IMG/VR virus record: IMGVR_UViG_3300046780_000362 | Location: 1-62,463 of that record | Source of the DNA: a virus | Taxonomy: Duplodnaviria; Caudoviricetes | DNA: 62,463 nucleotides | Direction: 5' to 3' (one strand) | Shown here: positions 9,915 through 18,967 of the stretch, one piece after another | How positions within the stretch are numbered: position 1 is the first letter of the stretch | How the letters are laid out: each line of letters opens with the position of its first letter | Made by a program: the position numbers and the translations under genes | The notes under the pieces: model-generated | What the model was told of the DNA's origin: nothing | Database searches by the model: none | The model's input: only the letters and a program-made list of their open reading frames with translations

Positions 9915-10423
9915 CCGGGCAAGGTAGCGCGCGGGGTGCGCGGCGTCACGTGGGGCGCTTCTTTCGCGCCGTATGCCACCGGGAGCGGGCCCCGCCCCAC
10001 GGCTTGACCCGGGGGCGCACCGGCTTTCAGAGCTCGCCTTCGGCCGTTGCGGCACTCCCGGCACTCGGGGCGCCACCCGCCCTCTTTCCCGCGCGTATTC
10101 CAGAAGTCTCGCGTCAATGGCCAGGACTCCCCGCATGCGCGGCACTCTTTCTCTGGCACGTCGTCGGGGATCACGGGTTCGCGGTCGCACTTGTGCCGCA
10201 CCGAGAGTCGCACATAGGTCTGGCACTCGGCGCACCACCGCCACTTTTTTGGGGATCGTGGTACGTCGCACCCGTGTCGTTTGGTTTTCAGCGCGATCCA
10301 CTTGCCGCACTTCGGACAGAGCCGGGTGGTGAGCCGCGTGTGGTGCTGCTTCGACTCGCTGGTCGTGACCCACCACGGGACCTTAACACGGCGCCACCAC
10401 CCTTTGATCTTACTCTTCGGCAC
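9866..10423 (-). CDS. Multi-zinc-ribbon protein
   Basis: Several CxxC pairs (CPKC, CAEC, CRAC, CREC). Confidence 0.5.
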   Translation of the reverse strand: MPKSKIKGWWRRVKVPWWVTTSESKQHHTRLTTRLCPKCGKWIALKTKRHGCDVPRSPKKWRWCAECQTYVRLSVRHKCDREPVIPDDVPEKECRACGESWPLTRDFWNTRGKEGGWRPECRECRNGRRRALKAGAPPGQAVGRGPLPVAYGAKEAPHVTPRTPRATLPGCSEDGPFATPTARRT

Positions 10424-10426
10424 GGA

Positions 10427-10627
10427 TCACGGCAGTACCGCGATCTGTTTCGTGACCTCGTCCGCGAGGCGGTCGAGCTCCGCGCGGAGGGCACGGAGTG
10501 CGGCGCCGGTGTTCTCGCACTCGATCGTGACGTCGTCCCCCGCGGTGATCACGTGGGCCGTGAGGGCAACGCAGATCTCCGAACCGACCGGGATCGTGAC
10601 CGCGAACGTGACTGTGGGCTTGCTCAC
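10427..10627 (-). CDS. Hypothetical protein
   Basis: Small ORF translationally coupled to the upstream gene. Confidence 0.5.
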   Translation of the reverse strand: MSKPTVTFAVTIPVGSEICVALTAHVITAGDDVTIECENTGAALRALRAELDRLADEVTKQIAVLP

Positions 10628-10965
10628 GTGAGCGCCCGCTTCGCAGCGTTGGTGATGTCACACAACGTGGCCTCGAGGTTACGCACCCGGTTACGCAGCT
10701 CTCGCATCTCGTCCACGTCCGGGGGTACGAGAAACGCGGAACGGAGTCGCGACTGCACGTCCGGGCTTTGGGCGGAGAAGAACTCCACGAAGTCCCGCTC
10801 CGTCATGGGGCGGATCGTGTGAACGCACCCGGTGGCCTGATTGTCGTCGTCCCGCGTGTGCACGTGTACGCGCGGGTAGCTCTTCGGGTTCGTGGGTACC
10901 GGCACGAGCACGGTGTTCGGCGGGTGGTACGGCGCGGTCCAGTGGCGGGCGTGTTCAGGTTTCAT
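10624..10965 (-). CDS. Hypothetical protein
   Basis: Coupled ORF with a coiled-coil C-terminus. Confidence 0.55.
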   Translation of the reverse strand: MKPEHARHWTAPYHPPNTVLVPVPTNPKSYPRVHVHTRDDDNQATGCVHTIRPMTERDFVEFFSAQSPDVQSRLRSAFLVPPDVDEMRELRNRVRNLEATLCDITNAAKRALT

Positions 10966-11414
10966 AGGATCTGTCCCTCATGCACGATGCATGCCGGGAC
11001 CGGCGTACCGTCGGGTAGCCGAGCGACACGCGACGCGGGTTCGCGGCACGCGAGGCACCGCGCCTGCAGCGCATCCACGATCTCCGACCACGTGGCGAGG
11101 TCGTACCCCGGCGGACACTTCAACCGTAAGCGGTAGGCGCGGTGGTAGTCGGGGTGGGCGGCGCGCCACGTGGCCGATCGCTGTGCGGCGCGCTCCTCGT
11201 ACGTTCGGGCGGCGGTCGGCGCATACCGCCGTAGAACGCGTACGAGCACGCCGAGCTGTGCAGCTTGATGCGAGAGCGCCCGGCGAGCGTCGTCCGCCAC
11301 CACGATCGCCACCGCGTCCGCGTACGGTATGCGGGGGAGTCTTTTGGTGGGGTCGTACTCGCCGGACCGTCGCCGGAGCCGCGCGGCGCGGGAGACCACG
11401 GTAGCGCGGTTCAT
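10962..11414 (-). CDS. Zn-finger protein, paralogue B
   Basis: YADAVAIV and C-terminal RCLAC...DGT..PAC..H; ATG overlaps the upstream stop. Confidence 0.55.
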   Translation of the reverse strand: MNRATVVSRAARLRRRSGEYDPTKRLPRIPYADAVAIVVADDARRALSHQAAQLGVLVRVLRRYAPTAARTYEERAAQRSATWRAAHPDYHRAYRLRLKCPPGYDLATWSEIVDALQARCLACREPASRVARLPDGTPVPACIVHEGQIL

Positions 11415-11797
11415 ACCCCGTGACCCCCGCAGATGGGCACGTAACGCGTACCATCGTCCGTGACGCAACCCGTTGCGGTGTTCTGGCAGAAGTAGCAGCG
11501 GCCACGGAGATCGTCCATGACCGCGTGCCACTGGGCGGGGTCGGCCGCCTTCGGCACTTCGGCTCGAAGGCGCGTGTACCACAGGCCACGCAGCACGGCC
11601 GGGTCCAATGGGGGCATGGACCGCTCGGCGTCCGCGGTCACGATAGCAACGGCGTCCGCGTACGTGCTGCGTTGACCACGAGGGAGCTTGATGCCCTGCC
11701 GTTTCCGGATGCGCGAGGCGCGGCGTAGCACAGCGTACCGGTTGGCGGGGTCGGCGATCTGCTCGATCGTGAGAGGGGGGCGTAAGGTGGTCGACAT
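11411..11797 (-). CDS. Zn-finger protein, paralogue A
   Basis: YADAVAIV and RCYFC...DGT..PIC..H; follows a sigma70-like promoter. Confidence 0.55.
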   Translation of the reverse strand: MSTTLRPPLTIEQIADPANRYAVLRRASRIRKRQGIKLPRGQRSTYADAVAIVTADAERSMPPLDPAVLRGLWYTRLRAEVPKAADPAQWHAVMDDLRGRCYFCQNTATGCVTDDGTRYVPICGGHGV

Positions 11798-11803
11798 GGG
11801 GGT

Positions 11804-11832
11804 AATGTAACATGCGGACGCGATCGGTGCAA
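11804..11832 (-). promoter_or_regulatory. Sigma70-like promoter, leaderless
   Basis: TTGCAC-N17-TACATT-N6-ATG(11797) on the minus strand. Confidence 0.6.
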
Positions 11833-11844
11833 TTAGGTGCCCTT

Positions 11845-11995
11845 GACGTGTGGTCATGACTACTGGTCAACCCCTGACCACGTGCAATCCGCCACGTGGT
11901 CACCCCCGTGGTCAAGGAGGTGACCAGGTCAAGCCGGAGGGTAAAAGCGCCGGGAAAAGTGCCACACGGCCTGACCACGTCTCTCCCTTGACTAC
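11845..11995. repeat. Cluster of TGACCA/TGGTCA motifs (operator or iteron-like)
   Basis: At least 7 copies in both orientations within about 130 bp of intergenic DNA. Confidence 0.55.
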
Positions 11996-12037
11996 GGGCC
12001 TCCTTAATGGGGCCCTGTCAATCATTGCAACGCCGCG

Positions 12038-12229
12038 CTACATAGAAAGAAGGCGCCGTGCGTGTTCTACGCCGGCGACGAACGCCAGCGCGAGGGCGGT
12101 GTAGGTGTCGACTCGGCCTGCCTTCACGTCGCGCTCGATCTCGGCCAGCTCCGCCCCGGCCTGGCGCGTACTCGTCGCGATCGGGTCGGCCGTCGGTCGC
12201 AGGTTGCGCGGCTCGCTAGCGGGATTCAT
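12038..12229 (-). CDS. Hypothetical protein
   Basis: 63 aa ORF with ALALAFVAG motif. Confidence 0.5.
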   Translation of the reverse strand: MNPASEPRNLRPTADPIATSTRQAGAELAEIERDVKAGRVDTYTALALAFVAGVEHARRLLSM

Positions 12230-12701
12230 TGGCGGTTCTCCGAAGCGTGTGCGTACCGGACTCGGACGCGTTGCCGTTTTCGGGGGCGGTGCGCGCCTCG
12301 AGCGTACGGCGCAACCCGTCCATCAGAATCGTGCGGGCGGAATCCGAGCGGTTCTCCCCGAGCAGGTCGAGCCCTTCGAGTACCTCCTTCGGCACGCGTA
12401 CGTTGAGATTGACCAGCACGGGCTTCGGCGGGGGCGGTGGCGCGCTCGGGGTGCGGCGGCCGTCCACGAGCACGGCGGGCGCCTCGAAGCCGCCGTCTGG
12501 CGTGCGGGTGATCATCCCCGCTTGGGCCAGAGCGCGGATTGCGTGTGGGTAGAGCGGGGCCATGTGGGGAAGGAGCTGGCCGGTGCGGATGAGTTCGTAC
12601 ACGGCGCGGCATTGCTCGCTAGGGAGCTTGGGGGCGTTTTTCATGTGACGCGCTATTGCAGTTTCGATGCCATGTAGCCGGAGTGCGTCATTGTGTCTCA
12701 T
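12216..12701 (-). CDS. Ribbon-helix-helix transcription regulator
   Basis: VNLNVRVPKEVLEGLDLL..NRSDSARTIL fits the RHH (Arc/CopG) pattern. Confidence 0.6.
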   Translation of the reverse strand: MRHNDALRLHGIETAIARHMKNAPKLPSEQCRAVYELIRTGQLLPHMAPLYPHAIRALAQAGMITRTPDGGFEAPAVLVDGRRTPSAPPPPPKPVLVNLNVRVPKEVLEGLDLLGENRSDSARTILMDGLRRTLEARTAPENGNASESGTHTLRRTANESR

Positions 12702-12851
12702 CTATGCGTATTCTCGCAACGATTCTGTTTCGGCCGTGTGTCAAACTACGATTCGGCCGCGTATTCGCGCGTCATTCTGCCCCGCGTGTGGCATTCGTGC
12801 TGTGGCAAATAGTCCTAGGCGGCCAGCGAGACGCGTGCGAGGCTCCGAAAC

Positions 12852-13058
12852 ATGACCGAAGCAGAAGCACTGCAGGCGCTTGCGAGCGAGGTCCGCGCGA
12901 AGAAGATGCCGCTGGACGAGGCGCTTGCGCGCGCCTTCGTGTGTGGACTCAACGCGGCGATGCACGCACAGCAGGATCGCGAGGCGCGTGAGTCCGGCGA
13001 ATGGCTCGCGTCCGTTGGTATCATTCGTGATGCGCTCGAGCGTGTTCCGGGATACTGA
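12852..13058 (+). CDS. Hypothetical protein
   Basis: 68 aa ORF with ALARAFVCG motif. Confidence 0.55.
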   Translation: MTEAEALQALASEVRAKKMPLDEALARAFVCGLNAAMHAQQDREARESGEWLASVGIIRDALERVPGY

Positions 13059-13287
13059 ACGATCCCGAATGTTGCTCGCGGCGGCAATGTCGCGCCGTGA
13101 TCTCCCCCGGCCGCGCAGCGGCCCCCTTCGCGCCCGCGCGCGTGTTACGGTGAGGGTAGCAGCCCCCGGGGTATCGCGCCCCCACGCAGCGCGTTGGCAT
13201 GGGGTGGCGCGGCCCCATGCCAGCGCTCGAGCGGGGGGCGCGGCCCCCAGTCGCCGAGTTGGCATGGGGGCGCCGGCCCCCGGTCGA

Positions 13288-13303
13288 TGGCACGGTTCTT
13301 GCA
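13288..13303 (+). promoter_or_regulatory. Sigma54 -24/-12 promoter
   Basis: TGGCACGGTTCTTGCA, a perfect match to TGGCACG-N4-TTGCW. Confidence 0.6.
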
Positions 13304-13455
13304 CGGGGCCGCGGTGCGCATCAATTGCGTGATCGCGCAAACTCTTTTTTTAATAAGAACGCTAACTTAGCACACGCCCATGACACGCCGGTCATGGGTC
13401 GCGAAAACGGGCGTAATTGCACGTGCCGCGTGATCGCGTTTGCGCGGCCGGGAGT

Positions 13456-13471
13456 TGGCACGGCGCGTGCA
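13456..13471 (+). promoter_or_regulatory. Sigma54 -24/-12 promoter
   Basis: TGGCACGGCGCGTGCA; ATG at 13484. Confidence 0.65.
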
Positions 13472-13483
13472 ACGTAATCGGTC

Positions 13484-13702
13484 ATGCACAACACGATGGC
13501 CAAGCACTTGATGGATTGGAGTTACCGCCGCAGGGGCGCAGTCGAGACGATGTCCGTCGCGACCATCCTACGTCAGGGGTATCGCCCTGACGAGGTGCGC
13601 GCCGCGATCACGGCCGACCCGACTTTCGAGGGCACCTTCGGTGGCGTGTACCACGGCTCGGACGGAAACGGCGGCATGTGGCGCGTGGAGATCACGCCGT
13701 GA
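13484..13702 (+). CDS. Hypothetical protein
   Basis: ORF directly after a sigma54 motif. Confidence 0.55.
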   Translation: MHNTMAKHLMDWSYRRRGAVETMSVATILRQGYRPDEVRAAITADPTFEGTFGGVYHGSDGNGGMWRVEITP

Positions 13703-13917
13703 CCACACCCGAAAACGCCCAAGCGTACGCGGCCGGGTACCGCGCCGGCCGCTCGAGTCACCGCGCGGGGTGGCGGGCGGACCCCGCGGACATGGCGCAC
13801 GAGTGCGACCAGTGGCACGAGGCCGGAGGCGCGGGCGACGCCGCGCGCTTCGAGGCGGGCTACTACGACGCGTTCCGCGACGCGTCCGGTGGCAAGATCG
13901 CGAGGGACGCACCGTAA
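13699..13917 (+). CDS. Hypothetical protein
   Basis: GTG overlaps the upstream stop; YAAGYRAG and FEAGYYDA motifs. Confidence 0.5.
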   Translation: MTTPENAQAYAAGYRAGRSSHRAGWRADPADMAHECDQWHEAGGAGDAARFEAGYYDAFRDASGGKIARDAP

Positions 13918-13992
13918 CCGCTGGTTACGTAACGTGACGCAACGTTACGGCGCGTACGAGGGCCGCGCGCCGTGATCTCGGCCGTGTGGGCT

Positions 13993-14035
13993 TGGCACGG
14001 CGCGTGCAATGGTACACGAGCATGAACCGCACCGA
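13993..14035 (+). repeat. 43-bp inverted repeat, left arm (sigma54 promoter plus start codon)
   Basis: 41/43 identical to the reverse complement of 14917-14959. Confidence 0.85.
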
Positions 14036-14207
14036 GCCTACGCTACTTCGCGCAAACGGGACCGTGATCGAGAAGCCAGCGAAAGAAGACTTCGCCACGC
14101 TCGTGGAGTACGTCCGCGCGGTGCACGAGTACCACGACGAGATCACGCGCGCCGCGAACGCGGGGTTCGACGCCGGATGGCGTGACGCGATGCGGTCCGC
14201 GCGCTAG
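14022..14207 (+). CDS. Hypothetical protein
   Basis: ATG 29 bp from the start of the sigma54 motif. Confidence 0.55.
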   Translation: MNRTEPTLLRANGTVIEKPAKEDFATLVEYVRAVHEYHDEITRAANAGFDAGWRDAMRSAR

Positions 14208-14217
14208 GCTCGGGCGT

Positions 14218-14694
14218 ATGCCCGCCTTCCCCCGCTCCCCGCGCCCCACGCTCCCCGCCTCGGTGCTCGAAGCACTCACGCCCCCGGTCGTGGACCGCAC
14301 CGCAGTACGCGAGGCCGAGCGAGCACTACAGGCGGCCGCCGGCGCACCGGTACGCGGTGGCTCGAGCACGCCCACCGAGCTCAAGGGGGCGACCGCGGCG
14401 GAGCTCGCCGGCCCCCTGGCGTTGAAGGCGATGCGAGTACTCGAGCGGGGCATGGACGAACTCGATTACCGCGTGAGCTTCGAGGCGGCTCGCGTCGCCG
14501 CGACCATCGCGCCCAAGGTCCACGAGCTCACCGCCGGCGAAGTGAAGGACGACGACCCCGATGCGAAGCGCGCGGCGCTGCTCGCGGCCCTGGCGTCCGC
14601 CGACTTCTGCACGATGCTCGTGGACGTGGTGGCGTCGAGCGAAGCCCCGGCACGCTTGGCACTCGAGCGGGCGGGGTGGGTGGCGCCGGCCTAG
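14218..14694 (+). CDS. Possible terminase small subunit
   Basis: About 158 aa, helical, upstream of TerL; positional inference only. Confidence 0.4.
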   Translation: MPAFPRSPRPTLPASVLEALTPPVVDRTAVREAERALQAAAGAPVRGGSSTPTELKGATAAELAGPLALKAMRVLERGMDELDYRVSFEAARVAATIAPKVHELTAGEVKDDDPDAKRAALLAALASADFCTMLVDVVASSEAPARLALERAGWVAPA

Positions 14695-14930
14695 GCGGCC
14701 CGCTTGCGCCACGTGTTGCGCGCGGTGCGTTCGTAGATCGTAGCCTCGTCCGAGTACGGCGCTTGCGCGCGGCAGAAGGTGAGGGAGTGGGCCTTGGACT
14801 GGCCATTGCCCGCAGCGCTCGCGAGAAAGCGGGTGCGCTCCCCGCGGTACGTCGTCTCGGACGCAATGACGATCACGTCCCACGTGGTGAACTCGTTTGC
14901 GGCCAGGATGTCAGCGTCGGTGCGGGTCAT
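14691..14930 (-). CDS. Hypothetical protein
   Basis: ATG 29 bp from a minus-strand sigma54 motif. Confidence 0.55.
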   Translation of the reverse strand: MTRTDADILAANEFTTWDVIVIASETTYRGERTRFLASAAGNGQSKAHSLTFCRAQAPYSDEATIYERTARNTWRKRAA

Positions 14931-14959
14931 GCTCGTGTACCATTGCACGCTCCGTGCCA
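14917..14959 (-). repeat. 43-bp inverted repeat, right arm (sigma54 promoter plus start codon)
   Basis: Reverse complement reads TGGCACGGAGCGTGCAATGGTACACGAGCATGACCCGCACCGA. Confidence 0.85.
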
Positions 14960-15089
14960 TGTCACGAACCGTCGAACACGGCGCACGCCGCACGACGGAA
15001 CGTAACATCGGGCGTAACGTGACGCGTACCGTTACGCGGGGTGTGACGCCCGGTTGCCTGGATCGGGCGTGTTGCACGCCCCGCGCAAC

Positions 15090-15105
15090 TGGCACGGTCC
15101 ATGCA
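15090..15105 (+). promoter_or_regulatory. Sigma54 -24/-12 promoter
   Basis: TGGCACGGTCCATGCA; ATG at 15119. Confidence 0.6.
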
Positions 15106-15118
15106 ACGGTACCCGAAC

Positions 15119-15493
15119 ATGACGAACACGGAACTCGCCGCCCTCGCGACCACGATTGCCGCCGCGCACACGACCACGATCACGCGCCGCGGTGACACGT
15201 TCACCTACACCCCCGATGTCAAGGTGCGGAACGAGAACGACTTCTTGGGCCGACACATGTGTACGTACGTCATCGTCTCGGTTCCGGTGAACGCGGTCCT
15301 CAAGAAAGACGCGGCGCTCGCCATGATCAACGCCTTCCGCCGGGACCTCGTGAACGCCACGATCGGAACGCGCATCACGTGCAAGATGACGAAGGCTCGT
15401 AACGGCGGCCGGACCCCGGTGCACGCGCACACGTTCACGCACATGGGTCACACGAGCGTGGAAGGGTACTGGATCTCGTTCTCGGCCGAGTGA
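15119..15493 (+). CDS. Hypothetical protein
   Basis: Strong GC3 codon bias; follows a sigma54 motif. Confidence 0.65.
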   Translation: MTNTELAALATTIAAAHTTTITRRGDTFTYTPDVKVRNENDFLGRHMCTYVIVSVPVNAVLKKDAALAMINAFRRDLVNATIGTRITCKMTKARNGGRTPVHAHTFTHMGHTSVEGYWISFSAE

Positions 15494-15509
15494 TGGCACG
15501 CAACGTGCA
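15494..15509 (+). promoter_or_regulatory. Sigma54 -24/-12 promoter
   Basis: TGGCACGCAACGTGCA; ATG at 15523. Confidence 0.6.
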
Positions 15510-15522
15510 ACGTAGGAAGACC

Positions 15523-15723
15523 ATGCGCCACAACATGATTCAAGCCGACTACCGCGCGTGCATCGCCCTCGCGGACGAGCGTAAGCGCGAGAACGCCGCG
15601 GCCCGCGCCCGGTGCCTCGCGAGTCCGGTACTCGGGGCCGTGCTGCTCGATGCGGCGCGCCGGCGGGGCCTGGCGTCGGTGGACTGGGCGGAGTACTTCG
15701 TATCGGTGGGGATCGCGTCGTGA
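15523..15723 (+). CDS. Hypothetical protein
   Basis: ORF after a sigma54 motif. Confidence 0.5.
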   Translation: MRHNMIQADYRACIALADERKRENAAARARCLASPVLGAVLLDAARRRGLASVDWAEYFVSVGIAS

Positions 15724-16112
15724 TCAAGTTCGTGGGGTGGAAGTGCGCCCAGTTGTGCGGGTGGACCGCGGGTCCGCGCTACACGGGTAGCCGGTGCCCC
15801 GCATGCGCGGCCGACGTTGTGGAGGATCTTCGCAATGTGATCCCGCCCGAGCCGGCGTGGTCGCGGGAGCCCCCGTGGGTCGCGGCCTTCGAGCACGACT
15901 TGACCGAGCTGTGCCGAAAGCACGGCGTGCAGCTCGACCACGAGGACGGCCACGGGTCGGGGCTCATCGGACGAGTGTCCAAAGAGTTGGCCGGGTGCTC
16001 GTTCCCTTTCCTAACCACGTGTACGTGTACGTGGCGGTGGGACGTGAAAGCAAATGACCACGTGTGCACGGAACCGGATCCGGAGTGCATGCGGCACGGG
16101 GGTGCGCGGTGA
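15720..16112 (+). CDS. Hypothetical Cys-rich protein
   Basis: GTG overlaps the upstream stop; CxxC motifs. Confidence 0.45.
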   Translation: MIKFVGWKCAQLCGWTAGPRYTGSRCPACAADVVEDLRNVIPPEPAWSREPPWVAAFEHDLTELCRKHGVQLDHEDGHGSGLIGRVSKELAGCSFPFLTTCTCTWRWDVKANDHVCTEPDPECMRHGGAR

Positions 16113-16473
16113 GGGGGTTTCTCGGCCCCGTAGCGGTGCGGTGGATCGGACCCCCGATCACCCCCATGCCCACGTGGACGGTGGACGCGCGGTGCTCGGT
16201 GCGCCTGTGGCCCGCTCGCGCCCAGCACCGCAAGGCGTACGCGTCTCGCCCCGGATACCTCCGCTTGATCGGGGAGATCGTCCGGCCGCGCATTGGCACT
16301 TCCGTTGCATAGCTAGTCTGTTCAGTGCTACACCAGATCCGAACCATGTACACGAACCACAATCAGACCGACATGTGGCAGATCGGCTACCGGACTCGCG
16401 CTCGTCGGTGCACCCAAGCGCAATACGACTGGTACCGCGTACTCGCCGGCCGCATGCTCGCGGACGTGCGGCG

Positions 16474-18042
16474 GTGACCTCCACCCTCGACGCTCTTCTG
16501 CAGTTCGCACCGCCGGGGGCGTCGCTCGGCATGCCACCGAAGTTCGTGGCGTGGTGCGAGTGGGCCGGCGTACCGCTCACGCCGGGCCAAGCTCGCCTGG
16601 CGCGCGTCGCGTTCGACGGCGAACAGCCGGACCCCGAGAACGAAGTCGATCGGACGCTGTTCGGCGCCGAGTGCACGCACGTGCCGCCAGGCGCGCGCCG
16701 GCTCATTGCGCTCCGTCTCGGCCGCGGCTCGGGCAAGTCACACATTTGCGCCGCGTACGGCGTGTTCCGCATGCTCACGGGGGACACGTCGCTGTGCGGT
16801 CCGGGCGATTACCCGGCCGTAGGGGTGAGCTCCGTCGACAAGGACGAGGCGTCTGGCGTGCTCTCCAAGGCGCTCGCCATCGTCCGAGGCAAGCCGGCGA
16901 TCGCGTCCATGCTGCGCAACCCGAACGCCACGTCATTCCGCCTCGCGCGGCCCGACGGCGTGGTCGTGAGGTTCGTCACACGCGTGACGGCCGCGAAGGG
17001 CAAGGGCGCCCGCGGTCCGTCGTGGCTTCTCTTCGTGATCGATGAAGCCGAGTTCGTGGACCCCGGGAGCGCGGACGCCACGGCCCGCGTGGAAGATCTC
17101 GCCACGAGCGCGGCCCCCCGTGTCCTCCCCGGGGGCGCCGTGGTGCTGTGCTCCACGCCATGGCCCGCCGAGTCGTACGTGTCACGACTCTTTGACGGGC
17201 AGTACGGCAAGCCCGTGCACGCCCTCTGCGCGCTCGGCCCCACTCTCATGTTGCGCGACGAGCCCGCCATCCGTGCCGAGCGTGACAAGCTCATGGCCGC
17301 GGACCCCGCTCGAGCGCTCCGCGAGTACGATTGCATTGAATCCGACGTGTCGGGCGCCTTCTTCGAGGCGAGCACGGTGGACGCGGCGATCTCCGCCACG
17401 ACGCCGCGGCCCCGCGCCCATCGGGTGAGCGCCGCCATAGACCTTGCCTTCGTGTCCGACGGCGCCGCGGCGGTGCACGTCGAGCGCCAAGTGATGGGCG
17501 CCCGCGTGCTCGTCGTGGTCACTCACGTGGACTGGCTCGACCCCCGCATAGAAAAGAAGAAGGGGGCGGACGGACTCACGAAACCGTCGCAGGTGATCGG
17601 CAAGTTCGTGCACGAAGCGCGCGACGCCGGCGCCACGGCCGTCGTCGCAGATCAACACTACATTGCGAGCGTACGTGAGCACTGCTCCCACCCGGACGTG
17701 GCGATGCAAGTGGTTGGCGCCCCGCAAAGCCCGGCCGACCAGAGCGCGGCCGACATCTATCTTCGAGACCTATTCCGCGAAGGGCTCATTCTGCTACCGA
17801 ATGACCCGCGCCTCGTGGGGCAACTAAAGTCCGTGCTCGCGAAGGCCATGCCCGGGGGCCTGCTCCGGGCGGTGCTCCCGCGGCGCGCCGGCGCCGGACA
17901 CGCGGACCTTGCTCGAGTGCTCCGCGACGCCGCATGGTACGACCGCCGGCACGGTCCGCTGTTACGTGGGGCGGACGTGGCCGCGAACGCGAACACGGCC
18001 AGCGCCCCCCAGATGGTGACGAGTGGGTGGTCGGTGGAGTGA
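16474..18042 (+). CDS. terL: Terminase large subunit
   Basis: LTPGQ adenine-binding motif, Walker A GRGSGKS, Walker B FVIDEAEF, coupling motif STP, RNase H-like AIDLA...HAD. Confidence 0.9.
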   Translation: MTSTLDALLQFAPPGASLGMPPKFVAWCEWAGVPLTPGQARLARVAFDGEQPDPENEVDRTLFGAECTHVPPGARRLIALRLGRGSGKSHICAAYGVFRMLTGDTSLCGPGDYPAVGVSSVDKDEASGVLSKALAIVRGKPAIASMLRNPNATSFRLARPDGVVVRFVTRVTAAKGKGARGPSWLLFVIDEAEFVDPGSADATARVEDLATSAAPRVLPGGAVVLCSTPWPAESYVSRLFDGQYGKPVHALCALGPTLMLRDEPAIRAERDKLMAADPARALREYDCIESDVSGAFFEASTVDAAISATTPRPRAHRVSAAIDLAFVSDGAAAVHVERQVMGARVLVVVTHVDWLDPRIEKKKGADGLTKPSQVIGKFVHEARDAGATAVVADQHYIASVREHCSHPDVAMQVVGAPQSPADQSAADIYLRDLFREGLILLPNDPRLVGQLKSVLAKAMPGGLLRAVLPRRAGAGHADLARVLRDAAWYDRRHGPLLRGADVAANANTASAPQMVTSGWSVE

Positions 18043-18075
18043 TCGAGAGGCACGGATTGTGCAGGGTGCCAGATT

Positions 18076-18330
18076 ATGAAACCGTGCGTTTACTGTGGGC
18101 GCCCGCATACGTTCGACGATTGCTGCGAATCGTGCTGGCAGGTCAAGGGCAACTTCACAGACGAGCACCATCTTCGTTTTTCTCCGCTTGCGTGCGCGGT
18201 CGCGGACGAATGGATCACGGCCGTACGGGAATGGGCGTGGTCGTCCGGATGGTCAAAGGAAACGGTAGGTGCGTTCAATGCGCTCGAACTCGCCACCCGT
18301 GAAAGCCCGCTCCGGAAGGTGCGGCCGTGA
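18076..18330 (+). CDS. Hypothetical protein
   Basis: CxxC ORF coupled to the next gene. Confidence 0.45.
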   Translation: MKPCVYCGRPHTFDDCCESCWQVKGNFTDEHHLRFSPLACAVADEWITAVREWAWSSGWSKETVGAFNALELATRESPLRKVRP

Positions 18331-18560
18331 CGTACGACGTCTCAGTGCACGCGCCCGGCTCCCCACTCATCGGTGAGTACGAGGCCGCGGACGCGTTCAT
18401 CGGCGCGCTGCAGTTCGCCGCGTCCGTGGGCGCGAGCATGGTGTGGTTCGATCCCCCACGTGGTATCATCGTCCAATTACCCGGCGTCATCATGGGGCCG
18501 ATCGAGTGCACCGTGCGCTTTTCGGATCCGGACGGGGTGGAGATGGACGGGCCCACGTGA
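18327..18560 (+). CDS. Hypothetical protein
   Basis: Coupled ORF. Confidence 0.45.
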   Translation: MTYDVSVHAPGSPLIGEYEAADAFIGALQFAASVGASMVWFDPPRGIIVQLPGVIMGPIECTVRFSDPDGVEMDGPT

Positions 18561-18940
18561 TGCTCGCCTGGCGTCGCAGCGATTCCGCGGCGCGAGCGCT
18601 CGCTGCGATCGAGTCGGGGAACGCGGTGATCGTGGGCGCCACGGCGGCGCATGGCGTCAAGGTCGTGTGCGTGGGCCATGATGATCTCTTGACCGGTCGC
18701 GACACGCGCCGCGTCGTCTCCGCGGTCGCGGCCGTGCAGCGGTGGGCCCGCGTTTGGTGTAACACGTGACGCAACGGTTACGTCACGCGTTCCGCACGTG
18801 GGTGCGCGACGATCCCGATCGGCGGTGGCTGAACACGCGGCCCGAGCGCGTCATGTTGTGGGCGTTTCGGTGGGGGTCGCCCTCGCACTGGGGTGACGTG
18901 CCCACGTTTCGTCAGGCGTGGACGGGTACGTGGTGGTGAG

Positions 18941-18956
18941 TGGCACGGAACGTGCA
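18941..18956 (+). promoter_or_regulatory. Sigma54 -24/-12 promoter
   Basis: TGGCACGGAACGTGCA; ATG at 18968. Confidence 0.6.
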
Positions 18957-18967
18957 ACACGGATGGC

